DNA of 64,000 bases from the NCBI GenBank assembly GCA_963733295.1, contig CAVTCS010000003.1, positions 192,001 through 256,000 on the forward strand, in the 5' to 3' direction. The notes below the pieces were generated by a model, which was not told the DNA's origin, did no database searches, and was given only the letters and a program-made list of their open reading frames with translations. The translations under genes and the position numbers were made by a program. Source of the DNA: Vulcanimicrobiota bacterium. GTDB taxonomy: Bacteria; Vulcanimicrobiota; Vulcanimicrobiia; Vulcanimicrobiales; Vulcanimicrobiaceae. How positions within the stretch are numbered: the stretch's first letter is position 1; the number at the start of each line of letters is the position of its first letter. Below, piece by piece: positions 1 through 11,100 of the stretch.

Positions 1-1100
1 TACGTTGCGACGCTGCGGTCCGACGCGATCAGTTCTCGGTCTTCGCCCGGGAACACGTCCTCGCGACCGCCGTTGAAGAAGTAGGTGACGTGAGCGTACT
101 TTTCGGTTTCGGCGAGGCGCAGCTGCGTCAGACCCGCGCCGGAGATGACTTCCCCGAAGGTCTGCGATTGGGGACGCGGCCCGAAGAGCACCGGGTTCGG
201 AAAGTTCTCCTCGTACTTGGTCATCGTCGCGAAGATGAAGTCCGAAAACGCATGAACCGGAAACTCCGCGAAGTTCGGGTCCGAAAAGGCCAGCGTCAAC
301 TCGCGCGCGCGGTCGGGCCGGAAGTTGAAGAAGATCGCCGCGTCGCCGTCGCGCACGAAACGCGGCTCGCCGACCAGCGTGGGCTGGATGAACTCGTCGG
401 TCTCGCCTCGTTCGTACGCGGCGCGGACCGCTTCGGTTGCCGTCGCGAAGCGATATTCGGTCGTGCCGTCGACGAGCGCGCGATAGGCCTTCTCGATGCG
501 CTCCCAACGTTTGTCGCGATCCATTGCGTAAAAGCGGCCCGTGATGCTGGCGATCGAGCCGGGCCGTCCTACTCTCGCCAGCTGGGTCTCGAGCGCATCG
601 ACGTAGACTTGCAGCGAGGACGGCGGCACGTCGCGCCCGTCGCCGAAGGCGTGAATTGCGATCGGCACGTCCGCAGCAACCGAAGCGTCGATCAAGCCGA
701 AGAGGTGCTCGATCGAACTGTGGACGCATCCGTCCGAGAGCAACCCCAAGAGATGAAGCCTGCCGCCCGACGTCCGAACGTGATCGAGACACGAGTGCAA
801 GACGGAATTCTTGGCAAACGTGCCGTCGGCGAGCGATTCGTTGATGACGACGACGCCCTGCGGCACGACGCGCCCGCTTCCGAGGTTGAGATGTCCGACC
901 TCGCTATTGCCCATGACGCCGCTCGGCAAGCCGACGTCCTCACCGCTAGCCGCGAGCACGCAGTGCGGCCACCCGGCGAGCATGCGTTGCCAGTTGGGCA
1001 TCGCGGCGGCGGCGATCGCGTTTCCGTACGTGTCGTCGCGCAAACCGAACCCGTCGAGGATCGCGAGGACGAGCGGCCCGGAGCTAACTCGTCCGCTCAA
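1..1100 (-). CDS. gpmI: 2,3-bisphosphoglycerate-independent phosphoglycerate mutase (3' end runs off the window)
   Basis: Manual translation from TTG at 1100 (overlaps tpiA TGA): MSGRVSSGPLVLAILDGFG...MGNSEVGHLNLGSGRVV...AETEKYAHVTYFFNGG. Absent from the ORF track because its stop lies outside the window. Confidence 0.95.
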   Translation of the reverse strand, partial: MSGRVSSGPLVLAILDGFGLRDDTYGNAIAAAAMPNWQRMLAGWPHCVLAASGEDVGLPSGVMGNSEVGHLNLGSGRVVPQGVVVINESLADGTFAKNSVLHSCLDHVRTSGGRLHLLGLLSDGCVHSSIEHLFGLIDASVAADVPIAIHAFGDGRDVPPSSLQVYVDALETQLARVGRPGSIASITGRFYAMDRDKRWERIEKAYRALVDGTTEYRFATATEAVRAAYERGETDEFIQPTLVGEPRFVRDGDAAIFFNFRPDRARELTLAFSDPNFAEFPVHAFSDFIFATMTKYEENFPNPVLFGPRPQSQTFGEVISGAGLTQLRLAETEKYAHVTYFFNGGREDVFPGEDRELIASDRSVAT

Positions 1101-1867
1101 TGCGGCGCCGTCGCCGGTCGCGCGGCATCGATGATCGCGGCAAAGGCACTTGGATCGAGGCTCGCTCCGCCGATCAAGCCGCCGTCGATCTCCGGCTGCG
1201 TCAAGAGTGCGCTTGCGTTCGCGCGGTTCATGCTTCCGCCGTAGAGCAAAAGCGAGGTCGAGAGGCCGTCGACGCAGCGCCGCAGGTACCCCATGACGTC
1301 GTTAGCGCTCTTCGGATCCTCCGCCCGGCCGGTCCCGATCGCCCAAATCGGTTCGTAGGCGACCACGCAGCGCGCGACGTCCTGCGGCCCGATGCCCTCG
1401 AAGGCGATGCTCAGCTGCGTCGAGCAATGCTCGACTGCGCGTTCCTCAACGTGCTGCTGTTCGTTTTCACCGACCGCGACGATCGGCGTGATCCCGTGTG
1501 CCAGCGCGGAGCGGACCTTTCTCCCTACCGCGGCGTCGCTCTCGCATTGGTAACGCCGCCGTTCGGAGTGCCCGAGGATCACATAGCGCACGTCGAGTTC
1601 TTTGAGCATGAGCGGACTGATCTCGCCGGTGAACGCGCCGCGATCGGCGTCGTTCATATCTTGAGCCGCGAGCTGGATGCGCGAGCCCTGCAGCGCCGCG
1701 CGAACGGCGTCAAGCGCCGTGAACGGCGGCGCGACGGCGACCTCGACGTCGTCCGGCAACGCGATCGCACGCAGCTCCTGCACGAAAGCGCGCGCCTCGG
1801 CGATCGTCTTGTTCATCTTCCAGTTTCCGACGACCAGCCGACGGCGCGGGGCCGCAGCGCGATTCAC
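1097..1867 (-). CDS. tpiA: Triosephosphate isomerase
   Basis: GNWKMNK, GHSERR, AYEPIWAIGTG, YGGS, GGASL motifs; glycolytic operon context. Confidence 0.98.
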   Translation of the reverse strand: MNRAAAPRRRLVVGNWKMNKTIAEARAFVQELRAIALPDDVEVAVAPPFTALDAVRAALQGSRIQLAAQDMNDADRGAFTGEISPLMLKELDVRYVILGHSERRRYQCESDAAVGRKVRSALAHGITPIVAVGENEQQHVEERAVEHCSTQLSIAFEGIGPQDVARCVVAYEPIWAIGTGRAEDPKSANDVMGYLRRCVDGLSTSLLLYGGSMNRANASALLTQPEIDGGLIGGASLDPSAFAAIIDAARPATAPH

Positions 1868-3075
1868 GCTCGGGTGCCTTGCCGTTCGGCCGCGCGCTCG
1901 AGCGCGGCGACCCCCGGAAGCGTCTTTCCTTCGAGGAATTCGAGCGTCGCGCCGCCGCCCGTCGACACGTGGGTCATCGCGTTCGCGAAGCCGAGTTCGT
2001 GCGCCGCCGCAGCAGCGTCGCCGCCGCCGACCACACTTACCGCGCCGGCGCGCGTCGCATCGGCGATTGCCTCCAACACGACGCGAGTACCGTTCTGGTA
2101 GGCGGGCTTCTCGTAGACGCCCATCGGTCCGTTGAATACGATCGTCTTGGCCCCGCGCAACTCCGCCGCATAGGCGCGCGCCGTCTCGGGTCCGATGTCG
2201 AGGATCATCGACGATCCGATAGCGTTCAGCGAAGCCGGGTGCGCCTCGGCGTCGGCGTCGAACGACGACGAGACGATCGCATCGACCGGAAGGTGAAGCT
2301 GCACGCCCTTTTGCTCGGCGAGTGCGACGATCTCCCGCGCAGGTTTGAGGTCGGGATCGCGCAGCGATTTGCCGACGTCGATGCCCTTCGCAGCGAGGAA
2401 CGTGTTGCCCATGCCGCCCCCGATCGTGAATGCCGAGACTCGGTCGAGCAGATTGCCGAAGACGCCGACCTTATCTTTGACCTTCGCGCCGCCGATGGCG
2501 CAGACGAAGGGTTGACGGGGCGAACCCGTCAGCTCGCCGAGCGCCGAGAGTTCGGCCTCCATCAAAAAACCTGCGAACGCAGGCAGGTACTGCGCGATCC
2601 CTTCGGTCGAGGCATGGGCGCGATGCGCGGTCCCGAAGGCGTCGTTGACGTAGATGTCCCCGAGTGCGGCAAGCTGCGCCGCGAATCCGGGGTCGTTCGC
2701 TTCCTCTTCGGGATGGAAGCGGACGTTCTCGAGCACGACGATGTCGCCGTCCTGCAATTGCGCCACGGCCGCCTGCGCGACCGGTCCGACGCAGTCCTCG
2801 CCGAATGCGACGGGAGAGCCGATCAGCCGCTCCAACTCCGCGGCCACCGGACGCAAGGAGAGTGCCGCGACCGCTTTCCCGTCCGGCCGTCCGAGGTGCG
2901 AGAGCACGATCGTCCGGGCTCCGGCACCGCGCAGGTAGCGAAGGGTTTCGAGCGCGGCGATCAGCCGCGTTTCGTCCGCCACGGCGCCGTCTTTGAGCGG
3001 TACGTTGAGATCTTCGCGAACGACCACGCGCTTGCCACGCAGATTGCCGGCGTCGCGCAGGCCGTTGAAGCGCAT
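1864..3075 (-). CDS. pgk: Phosphoglycerate kinase
   Basis: REDLNVP, SHLGRP, NDAFGTAHRAHAS, STGGGA motifs. Confidence 0.98.
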   Translation of the reverse strand: MRFNGLRDAGNLRGKRVVVREDLNVPLKDGAVADETRLIAALETLRYLRGAGARTIVLSHLGRPDGKAVAALSLRPVAAELERLIGSPVAFGEDCVGPVAQAAVAQLQDGDIVVLENVRFHPEEEANDPGFAAQLAALGDIYVNDAFGTAHRAHASTEGIAQYLPAFAGFLMEAELSALGELTGSPRQPFVCAIGGAKVKDKVGVFGNLLDRVSAFTIGGGMGNTFLAAKGIDVGKSLRDPDLKPAREIVALAEQKGVQLHLPVDAIVSSSFDADAEAHPASLNAIGSSMILDIGPETARAYAAELRGAKTIVFNGPMGVYEKPAYQNGTRVVLEAIADATRAGAVSVVGGGDAAAAAHELGFANAMTHVSTGGGATLEFLEGKTLPGVAALERAAERQGTRA

Positions 3076-3088
3076 CGGGCTTCGGGCC

Positions 3089-4105
3089 TCAGGCCACGCC
3101 GGAAAGCGTCTTAGCGAGAATCATCTGCGTGACGTCGGCGAGGCGGCACGAATAGCCCCACTCGTTGTCGTACCAGGCCGCGATCTGAATAAGGTCGCCG
3201 TTCGCACCGGTCAACGCGCTGTCGACGATCGAGCTGTAGGACGAGCCCTTGAAGTCGCTCGAGACGAGTTGCTCTTCGCTGTAGAAAACGAGGTCCTTGA
3301 GGTCGCCTGCCGCCGCGGCGCGCAGGAGTCCGTTGACCTCGTCTTTGGTCGTGTTTCGTTTGACCTGCGCGACGAGATAGATCATTGAGACCGTCGCCGT
3401 CGGAACGCGCAACGCGAAACCATCGAAGGAGCCCTCGACCTCGGGGATCGTCAAGTACAGCGCTTTCGCGGCTCCGGTCGAGGTCGGAACGATGTTGGTG
3501 GCGGCGTTCCGGCCGCGGCGCCAATCCTTGTGGGGCCCGTCGAGTAACTGCTGATCGTTCGTGTACGAGTGAACCGTCGTCATGAAGCCCTTCACCCAGC
3601 CGAGGCCGTCGACGATCGGCTTCACCGCGGTCGCGAGACAGTTCGTGGTGCAGGACGCGTTCGAAATGATGTTGTGCTTGGCGGGGTCGTACTCTTTGTG
3701 GTTGACGCCCAGCACCAGGGTTATGTCTTCGCCCTTGGCCGGCGCCGAAATGATGACTTTTTTCGCGCCGCCCCCATCGATGTGCGCGCGCGCCTTCGAA
3801 GCGTCGGTGAAGAGTCCGGTCGACTCAATGACGACGTCGACCCCGAGCTTTTTCCAAGGCAGTTCGCTTGGGTTCCGCTGTGCGAGCACGGCGATCTTCC
3901 GGTCGCCGATCGTAAGCGTATCGCCGTCGCTGCCGACCCGTCCCGCGTACGTGCCGTAGTTGGAATCGTACTTGAAAAGATGAGCGCATTCGGCAGCGCT
4001 CGTGAGGTCGTTGATCGCGGCGATCTCGATCGAAGGATGCCGCTCGATCAGCGCCTTTGTGAAATTACGTCCGATTCGTCCGAAGCCGTTGATCCCGATC
4101 CGCAT
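3089..4105 (-). CDS. gap: Type I glyceraldehyde-3-phosphate dehydrogenase
   Basis: GINGFGRIGR, ASCTTNCL, WYDNEWGYS; SD AAGGAG upstream. Confidence 0.98.
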   Translation of the reverse strand: MRIGINGFGRIGRNFTKALIERHPSIEIAAINDLTSAAECAHLFKYDSNYGTYAGRVGSDGDTLTIGDRKIAVLAQRNPSELPWKKLGVDVVIESTGLFTDASKARAHIDGGGAKKVIISAPAKGEDITLVLGVNHKEYDPAKHNIISNASCTTNCLATAVKPIVDGLGWVKGFMTTVHSYTNDQQLLDGPHKDWRRGRNAATNIVPTSTGAAKALYLTIPEVEGSFDGFALRVPTATVSMIYLVAQVKRNTTKDEVNGLLRAAAAGDLKDLVFYSEEQLVSSDFKGSSYSSIVDSALTGANGDLIQIAAWYDNEWGYSCRLADVTQMILAKTLSGVA

Positions 4106-4208
4106 GCTGCTCCTTCACCGTGGGCTTCATCGGTTACACGACCCTTCTCCGGGAGCCCTTTTTAATCGGCCGGCCTCGTCCGAGAGCAGGTCCGAAATAG
4201 GGCTGCCG

Positions 4209-5093
4209 TCAGGAACGGCCGTCTGCGCCGGGCGTCTCGTAGCGCTTGCGCTCGAGGTCGCGAGCTAGGCGTACGAGCGCCGCGATGCGCCCGTTCACCG
4301 TCGATTTCTTTGCCGGCGGGTTGCACCGGCGTCCTAGCTCCGTCAGCGTGTCGGTCGGGTGACGGAGCCGTAATTCCGCGACTTCGCGCAGCGGCGCGGA
4401 GAGATTGCGCAGCCCGAACGCGTCGGCGACGAGCGCGATCAGTTCGCTCTGCGCCGCCGCGGCCGTCGCCGCCCGCTCGACGTTCGCGGCCTCCGTGTTG
4501 ACCAAGCGGTGGATGCGGTTCTTCGTTTCCTTGAGCGCGCGGACGTCTTCGAGATGAAGGATCGCGCCCGATGCGCCGATCGAGGCGAGAAGCCGCGTGA
4601 TCTGTTCGATGTCCTTGAAATACACCAGCGGCTTGCCTTTGCGCGGCACGGTTTTGGGCGTGCACCCTTCGGCGCGCAGCAACGCGACGAGACGCTCCGC
4701 ACCGGCGGCGTTCGGCGGCACGAACTCGAGGTGATAGCCGCGCGCCGGTTCGGCCAGCGAACCGCACGCCAGAAAGGCGCCGCGCAACTCCATGCGGCGA
4801 TCGCAGCGAGCCGGCGGAATACGCGCAGACGAGACCGCTTCGACCTCGATCTCGTAGACGGGCGAACGGCGCAAGCGGGGAGCCGAGGTCTTGCGGAGCG
4901 TACCGCGCTTACGCTCGCCGAGCAGCGACCACAACAACCGCGCGATCGCGGGACGCCCGGTTCGAAAGAAATGACCCTCGGTCGAACGGCCGAACGTCAC
5001 GAGTCCGCGCTCGAGAGCGCGGCGACAGTGTTCCGCGGCCGGAACGTCGCGCGTCAGCGCGTCCTTTGCGTCGGCCGAGAGCGTCGAGCTCAC
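4209..5093 (-). CDS. whiA: DNA-binding protein WhiA
   Basis: LRGAFLACGSL..P...YHLEF, RLVNTEAAN, LTELG...KSTVNGR; conserved position upstream of gap; GTG at 5093 overlaps the upstream TGA. Confidence 0.92.
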   Translation of the reverse strand: MSSTLSADAKDALTRDVPAAEHCRRALERGLVTFGRSTEGHFFRTGRPAIARLLWSLLGERKRGTLRKTSAPRLRRSPVYEIEVEAVSSARIPPARCDRRMELRGAFLACGSLAEPARGYHLEFVPPNAAGAERLVALLRAEGCTPKTVPRKGKPLVYFKDIEQITRLLASIGASGAILHLEDVRALKETKNRIHRLVNTEAANVERAATAAAAQSELIALVADAFGLRNLSAPLREVAELRLRHPTDTLTELGRRCNPPAKKSTVNGRIAALVRLARDLERKRYETPGADGRS

Positions 5094-5392
5094 GCCGGGG
5101 AACGCCGCGCCGGACCGTCCAGCCAATCGACCGGATCGTCGCGCCGCTCCTCGAGAATCTCGTAGAGCTCGACGTCGCGCAAGGCCGGCGTTATTTTCTC
5201 CGGGACGAGCGAGATGCGCACGGTCAAGAACTTGCGCGCGTAGTGCAAGATGAGAACGTCGCCCGCCTTGACCTCAGCGCCCGGCTTCAGCGCCCGGCCG
5301 TCCCGCGTGATGCGCCCTGCGACCAGCGCCTCGTGCGCCTCCGAGCGCCGTTTCGCCAGTCGCGAAACCTTGAGGAACTTATCTATTCGCAC
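5090..5392 (-). CDS. RNA-binding S4 domain protein (YabO/RqcP/Hsp15-like)
   Basis: MRIDKFLKVSRLAKRRS...KPGAEVKAGD; lies downstream of mazG as in Bacillota. Confidence 0.92.
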   Translation of the reverse strand: MRIDKFLKVSRLAKRRSEAHEALVAGRITRDGRALKPGAEVKAGDVLILHYARKFLTVRISLVPEKITPALRDVELYEILEERRDDPVDWLDGPARRSPA

Positions 5393-5464
5393 GCGGTGAT
5401 GAGTGGCGGGGCCCCGCGCGCTTTGCGTGCGGGGGCGCGGAGCCGCGCAGCGGCGGAGTGACTT

Positions 5465-5878
5465 TCAAATCTCGGGGCCCCCACGCTGCTCCGCAGCGTG
5501 GGGAACGACGCATGTGCCGACGGCGCGCACGACGACGATCGGGGGATCCAAGACGTCGGCAGCGCTGGGCGAGCGCTCGGGGCGCGCCGCGACGACCTTG
5601 CGGGCTTCGAAGACGATCTCGCGAGAACGGTTTCCGAAGCGCACGATCCGGCCTTCCGCTTCGATGTAGTCGCCCGCGAAGACGGGAGCGAGAAATTCGA
5701 CCGATGCGTACGACGCGAACAGACCCTCGTCGCCGTCGCTGCGAATCAGCAACTCCGTAGCGACGTCGCCGAAGAGTCCGAGGATGCGCGCGCCGTCGAC
5801 GAGGGATCCGCCGTAGTGCGCGTCGTGCGCGCTCATGCGGACGCGAATTTTGACGGGCTCCGACTCCCGCGCGCTCAC
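5465..5878 (-). CDS. kal: 3-aminobutyryl-CoA ammonia-lyase (hotdog fold)
   Basis: [20 protein letters not shown]...[19 protein letters not shown]...[13 protein letters not shown] matches the Kal family; GTG at 5878 overlaps the mazG TGA. Confidence 0.88.
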   Translation of the reverse strand: MSARESEPVKIRVRMSAHDAHYGGSLVDGARILGLFGDVATELLIRSDGDEGLFASYASVEFLAPVFAGDYIEAEGRIVRFGNRSREIVFEARKVVAARPERSPSAADVLDPPIVVVRAVGTCVVPHAAEQRGGPEI

Positions 5879-7059
5879 GCCGCTTGCGTCTTCGCCAGCT
5901 GCCAGAGCTCTTCGAGCTCGTCGAGCGAAAGGTCGTCGAGCGCCCGGCCCTGATGTTCGGCGCGGCGCTCCATGAAGTTGAAGCGGCGGTAGAACTTCTC
6001 GTTCGCCTCGCGCAACGCGCCCTCCGCGTCGTAGCCGAGCACGCGCGAAAAGTTGACAAAGCTGAAGAGCAGGTCGCCGAACTCCTCGCGGATGCGTTCC
6101 GGGTCGCCTTCGCGGCGTGCGGCCTCGAGTTCGGCGGTTTCTTCGGCGATCTTCGCGCGCACGCCGTCGAGGTCGGGCCAATCGAAGCCGACCCGCGACG
6201 CTTTGTCTTGCATTTTCTGCGCGCGCTGCAACGCGCCCAAACCCTTGGGAATGCCGTCGAGCTTGCTCTTGCGCTGCCGGCCGGCGGGCTCGAGCGCCTT
6301 GAGCTGCTCCCAGTTCTTCCACACTTCCGAAACGCTCGCGACAGCCTGATCGCCGAAGACGTGCGGGTGGCGCCGGATCATTTTGTTGGAGAGCGAGTCG
6401 ACGACGTCGGCAATCGAAAACTTACCGCGCTCGGTCGCCAGCTGCGAGTGAAAGACGATCTGCAGCAAGAGGTCGCCGAGTTCTTCGCACAGGTCGCCCG
6501 AGTTGTTGCCCTCGATCGCGTCGACGACCTCGTACGTTTCTTCGATGAGATACGGGATGAGCGATGCGTGCGTCTGCTCCCGATCCCACGGACACGAGCG
6601 GCGCAGGCGCGCCATCACCTCGACCAGATCGTCCCACGTGTGGTGGTCCGAAGCCGGCGGAAGCGGAACCAGCGGCATCGAGATCGAGGCCGAGAGCGTA
6701 GCACGCGGCATGCCGGGAACCAGCTCGCAGCGCATTCCTTTGCGTTCGAGGGCGCGCAAGAGCAAAGGCAAACCGGGAAAGTCCGAGAGCGGATTTCCGA
6801 GAACGCCCAGCGCGAGATCCTCGTCGTCGAGTCCGGCGGCGAACGCCTCGATCTCGTCGCTCGAACCGCGCACGAAGAGCGCGGGCTGCGCGATCCGGTC
6901 GCGCACGAGCGAGACGCCCTCGCTCTCGAGAAAGAGCGCGAGTTCGGGCGGCGCGAGCAGGGTGACGGCGCGGCCCACCGCGCGAAGCGCCTCGAGGCTG
7001 CCGAGCGTCACGAGATCCGGGTCGCCGGGCCCAAGGCCAACGATGCGGATCAGAGCCAC
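5875..7059 (-). CDS. mazG: Tetrapyrrole-methylase-like domain / nucleoside triphosphate pyrophosphohydrolase MazG (YabN-type)
   Basis: IVGLGPGD N-terminus; [31 protein letters not shown] at 7059 with SD GGAG. Confidence 0.93.
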   Translation of the reverse strand: MALIRIVGLGPGDPDLVTLGSLEALRAVGRAVTLLAPPELALFLESEGVSLVRDRIAQPALFVRGSSDEIEAFAAGLDDEDLALGVLGNPLSDFPGLPLLLRALERKGMRCELVPGMPRATLSASISMPLVPLPPASDHHTWDDLVEVMARLRRSCPWDREQTHASLIPYLIEETYEVVDAIEGNNSGDLCEELGDLLLQIVFHSQLATERGKFSIADVVDSLSNKMIRRHPHVFGDQAVASVSEVWKNWEQLKALEPAGRQRKSKLDGIPKGLGALQRAQKMQDKASRVGFDWPDLDGVRAKIAEETAELEAARREGDPERIREEFGDLLFSFVNFSRVLGYDAEGALREANEKFYRRFNFMERRAEHQGRALDDLSLDELEELWQLAKTQAA

Positions 7060-7126
7060 GGCGACGTCTCCACGCTGACGGCGATTTCGACCCCGGGATG
7101 CTCGCGGCATCCCGGGGTACGGATCG

Positions 7127-8080
7127 CTACTTCGGAGCTGAGCCCGGAGCGGCGCCACCCTGCCCGGCGGGCGGCACCGGCGGCAGCGCCTCCTTCAGGA
7201 GGGGATCGTAGATGTCGATCTTCGCTTTCGCGCGCAGTCCTTGCAAGAAGAGCGGGATTTGCTGGGACTCTTTCTGCTGCTTGAGCTGCGCTCTGATTTT
7301 GTCGCCCGAGTTGGCCATCGTCGCGACGACGGCCGGTTTCTTCTCCTCGACGACGATGATGTGGTAACCGAACGGCGATTTCACCGGGGGTCCCACGACG
7401 CCGATCGGCTGCGTGAATGCCGCGGCCTGAAACGCCGGCACCATCTGACCCTTTGCGAAGAATCCAAGCTCGCCGCCCTTCGCTTTGCTCGAAGGATCGG
7501 TCGAATACTTCGTGGCGAGTTCCTCAAAGCTCTTGCCCGCTTTGAGCTGGCTTTCGACGTCGTTGGCCGTCTTGAGGTCGGGCACGAGAATGTGTTTGGC
7601 GCGCACTTGCTCGCCGGTGTCCAGCATCGCGTGGTTCTTGGCTAGATACGCCTGCACGTCGGCATCGCTGACGGTGATCTGTGAGCTGACCGCTTTTTCG
7701 AGGATCAACTGCTCGCGCAGGATGCGGTCCACGTCGGCTTCGGTGAGATTCTGGTTCTTCAGGAGCATGTCGAACTGCCCAGGCGGATATTTCGAACGAA
7801 TCTCATCCTCTTTTTTCTTGACGTCTGCGGAGGAGATGTCGATGTGATTGTCTTTCGCGTACTGATCGATCAGCATGCCTTGAATCATCTGATTGAGCGC
7901 GGCTTTGCCCGCGGGCCCTTGCTCGAGGCGGGCGTCGAACTCGGTTCGGGTGATCGCTTGACCGTTGACCGAAGCCACGCTTGGGCCGCTGGCACCGGCA
8001 GTGTTGTTGGAGCACGCGGCGAGCGAGGCCCCGAACAGGACGGTTCCGAGAGCGGCGGCGAGGCGGGACGCGTGGGGCAT
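7127..8080 (-). CDS. prsA: PrsA-like parvulin peptidyl-prolyl isomerase lipoprotein
   Basis: Lipobox LAAC; HILV...F.ELA..YS.D..S..KGGELG.F, FGYHII; ATG at 8080 after GGAG-T8. Confidence 0.88.
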   Translation of the reverse strand: MPHASRLAAALGTVLFGASLAACSNNTAGASGPSVASVNGQAITRTEFDARLEQGPAGKAALNQMIQGMLIDQYAKDNHIDISSADVKKKEDEIRSKYPPGQFDMLLKNQNLTEADVDRILREQLILEKAVSSQITVSDADVQAYLAKNHAMLDTGEQVRAKHILVPDLKTANDVESQLKAGKSFEELATKYSTDPSSKAKGGELGFFAKGQMVPAFQAAAFTQPIGVVGPPVKSPFGYHIIVVEEKKPAVVATMANSGDKIRAQLKQQKESQQIPLFLQGLRAKAKIDIYDPLLKEALPPVPPAGQGGAAPGSAPK

Positions 8081-8180
8081 AAAAAAAACTCCAGAAGGAC
8101 GAATTTGGGCGGAGCCCCTGAGACCCCGCAAACTCCGCGAGTTTCGCGCCGGGAGCTGAATTTCTCCTGCCCTGCCGCGC

Positions 8181-11100
8181 TTACAAGGCGACGAGGAGCG
8201 CGCGGAGGAGGGGTAAGCTCTGAGCCGCGGCCATTTGCTTCGGCAGGTCGACCAAGATGCGGCCGTCCGTAAAACGGAAGCGGTTCTTAGTCAGCGACTG
8301 GAGCTTGGGGATCGCCGTAGGTGCGATCGCAAACCCGCTCCCGACGCCGAGGGTCAGCCGGCTTTCGTCGATGACGACCCGGGTTACGCCCTTCTCGAGC
8401 GCGATGGTGCGTAGTTTGGTGACCTCGATCAAGTTTTCGAGCGGTTCGGGAAGCGCACCGAAGCGGTCGCGCAGGCCCGCTGCGATCTCGTCCACGGCAC
8501 TCTCGCTGCGCGCTCCGGCCAACTGCTGGTACGCGGCGATCTTCTGAGAGACTTGCGGCACGTAGTCGTTGGGAATGAAGGCGTCGAGCTTGACGTCGAT
8601 GACCGCTTCGCGTTTGGGTTCCGTTGTGGCTTGCCGCCCCTTGCGCTCGGCGATCGCTTGGGCGAGCAACTCGCAGTACGTCTCGAACCCGACCGCTCCG
8701 ATGAATCCCGATTGCGCTGCACCGAGCAGGTTGCCGGCACCGCGAATTTCGAGGTCGCGCATCGCGAGCTGCAGGCCGCTTCCCAAGTGCGCGAATTCGC
8801 GGATCGCTTCTAACCTGGACTTGGCGTCCTCCGAGAGCGCCTTGTGCGCCTGATACAAGAGGTAGGCGTACGCTTGATGGTTGGAGCGTCCGACGCGCCC
8901 GCGCAACTGGTAGAGCTGCGAGAGACCGAACCGGTCCGCATCGTTGACGATGATCGTATTGACGTTGGGGATGTCGATCCCGTTCTCGATGATCGTCGTC
9001 GCGACCAGAACGTCGATGTCGCCGTCGACGAAGCTCGCCATGACCGGTTCGAGTTCGGCCTCGGTCATCTGTCCGTGCCCGATCGCGACGCGCGCCTTGG
9101 GCACGAGCTGCTGGAGCGCGCGGGTCACTCCGTAGATCGAGTCGATGCGGTTGTGCAGGTAGTAGACTTGACCGCCGCGGTCGAGTTCTTGGACGATCGC
9201 TTTTTGCACGATCGCGTCGGAAAACGGCACGACGACCGTCTTGATCGACATGCGATTCTTGGGAGCCGTTTGAATGAGCGAGAGGTCGCGCACGCCGAGC
9301 AGCGACATGTGCAGGGTGCGCGGGATCGGCGTCGCCGACATCGTCATGACGTCGACGGAAGCGCGCATCTGCTTGAGACGTTCCTTGTGCATGACGCCGA
9401 AGCGCTGCTCTTCATCGACGACGATGAGCCCCAGCGCTTTGAAAACAACGTCCTTCTGGAGCAGCCGATGGGTTCCGACGACGACGTCGACCTTTCCGTC
9501 GGCCAAGTCGCGCAGAATCGCCTGCTGCTCCTTGCGCGTCTTGAAACGCGAGAGCTCTTCGATGCGAACGGGGAAGCCGGCGAAGCGCTGCGAGAACGTG
9601 CGGTAGTGCTGCGCGGCGAGCAGCGTGGTCGGCACGAGCACGGCGACTTGGCGCTTGTCGAGGATCGCTTTGAAGGCCGCGCGCACCGCGACTTCCGTTT
9701 TGCCGTAGCCCACGTCGCCGCAGACGAGGCGGTCCATCGGCCTGGCCCGCTCCATGTCGTTCTTGACGTCGTCGATCGCCTTCTGTTGATCGACCGTCGT
9801 GTCGTATGGAAACGCCTCCTCCAGTTCGGCTTGCCAAGGCGAATCCGGAGCGAAGGCGTAGCCGGGCGCTAGTTCGCGCTCGGCATACAGCGCGACGAGC
9901 CCGTCGGCGATCTTCGCGAGGCTTTCCGAGACCTTCGTCTTGGTGCGAGTCCAGTCGGCGCCGCCCATTTTCGAAAGCCGCGGCGCGGCGCCTTCGGAGG
10001 CGCCGTACTTCGTGACCTGATGCATCTGCGTGACCGGCACCAGCATCCGGTCGGTGCCCGCATACTTCAGATCTAAATAATCGCTCGTCGCACCGAGGAT
10101 CGTTTCGGTGCGCAGTCCGAGATATTGACCGATGCCGTGCACCGCGTGCACGACGTAGTCGCCGACTTTGAGGTCGCCCAGGGTGACCGGGACGCCTTCC
10201 TTGACGGCGCGGAGCTTGATTCGCTTGGGAGGCTGTCCGAAGATTTCGCGGTCACCCAGCACCCGCAAACGCAGGCCGGGAATCGCGAAACCGCTCTCGA
10301 TGTTCCCCTGATCGACGAACGCGACGCCGCCGCGCGTCATCCCCGGTGCCTGCCCGACGAACGAAGCGCTGCCGCTCTCGCGTAAGTGCAGCAGCGTCGG
10401 GCGGCGCTCGACGGCGATGTCCGCAGCTTGCAACATTTCCGCCAAGCGCGAAGCGCCCGCCGAAACGAGCGCGACCGTCTCGCCGGCATCGATCCACTCT
10501 TTCGCAGCGGCGATGAAGAGCGAGACTTGCCGGTTAAAGTGTTCGACCGGACGCGTTTCGAGGACGAAGGACTCGAGCGAACGCGGCAGCCACGGCGTAG
10601 GTTCACCTTCGATGGCGCCCGGAATCAGGAGCGTGCTGCGCTGCGCGAACGAGCTGCCGAGAGAAGCGAGGGTCGGATGCGGCGCCGCGACTTCGGCGAG
10701 AAGCGCTTCGCCGACGGCGTCTTCGTCGACGGAGAGTTCGCCGGACTCGACCGCGGCGAGCAGCACTTGCTCTTCACGCGAGCGCTCGTCGTCGAGGCCG
10801 CTTTCGACGCGCGCCAGCATGCTCGGCTCCTCGAGAACGACCACAGCGCCGGGCGCGAGGTAGTCGAGGAGCGTCTCGCGTTCCGCGTACGCGAGCGGCA
10901 ACCACGCCTCGGGAATCTCGGCCCCTCCGGCCAGATAACTTCGCGCCGCGGAGACGACCGGTGCGCGACCTTCGATTCCCGCGAGCACGCGCTCGCGCCG
11001 GGCGTCCTCGCGCGAGATCTCGCTCCAAGGAACGATCGCGATGCGCTCGAGGCTCTCGTTGCTCCGTTGCGTCACGAGGTCGAAGCTGCGGATGCTTTCG

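Noticed and set aside
5411..5436. GC-rich hairpin between kal and the S4 gene as a terminator
   Set aside because: No U-tract on the coding strand; GC-rich stems arise easily by chance here.
90..7284. Long plus-strand ORFs (90-1244, 1100-2101, 1879-3114, 5884-7284) opposite gpmI/tpiA/pgk/mazG
   Set aside because: Antisense shadow ORFs typical of high-GC DNA; Arg/Ala-rich with no motifs, and fully overlapping well-supported genes. The same applies to 26409-27878, 42996-44771, 59463-60812 and 60909-62504.
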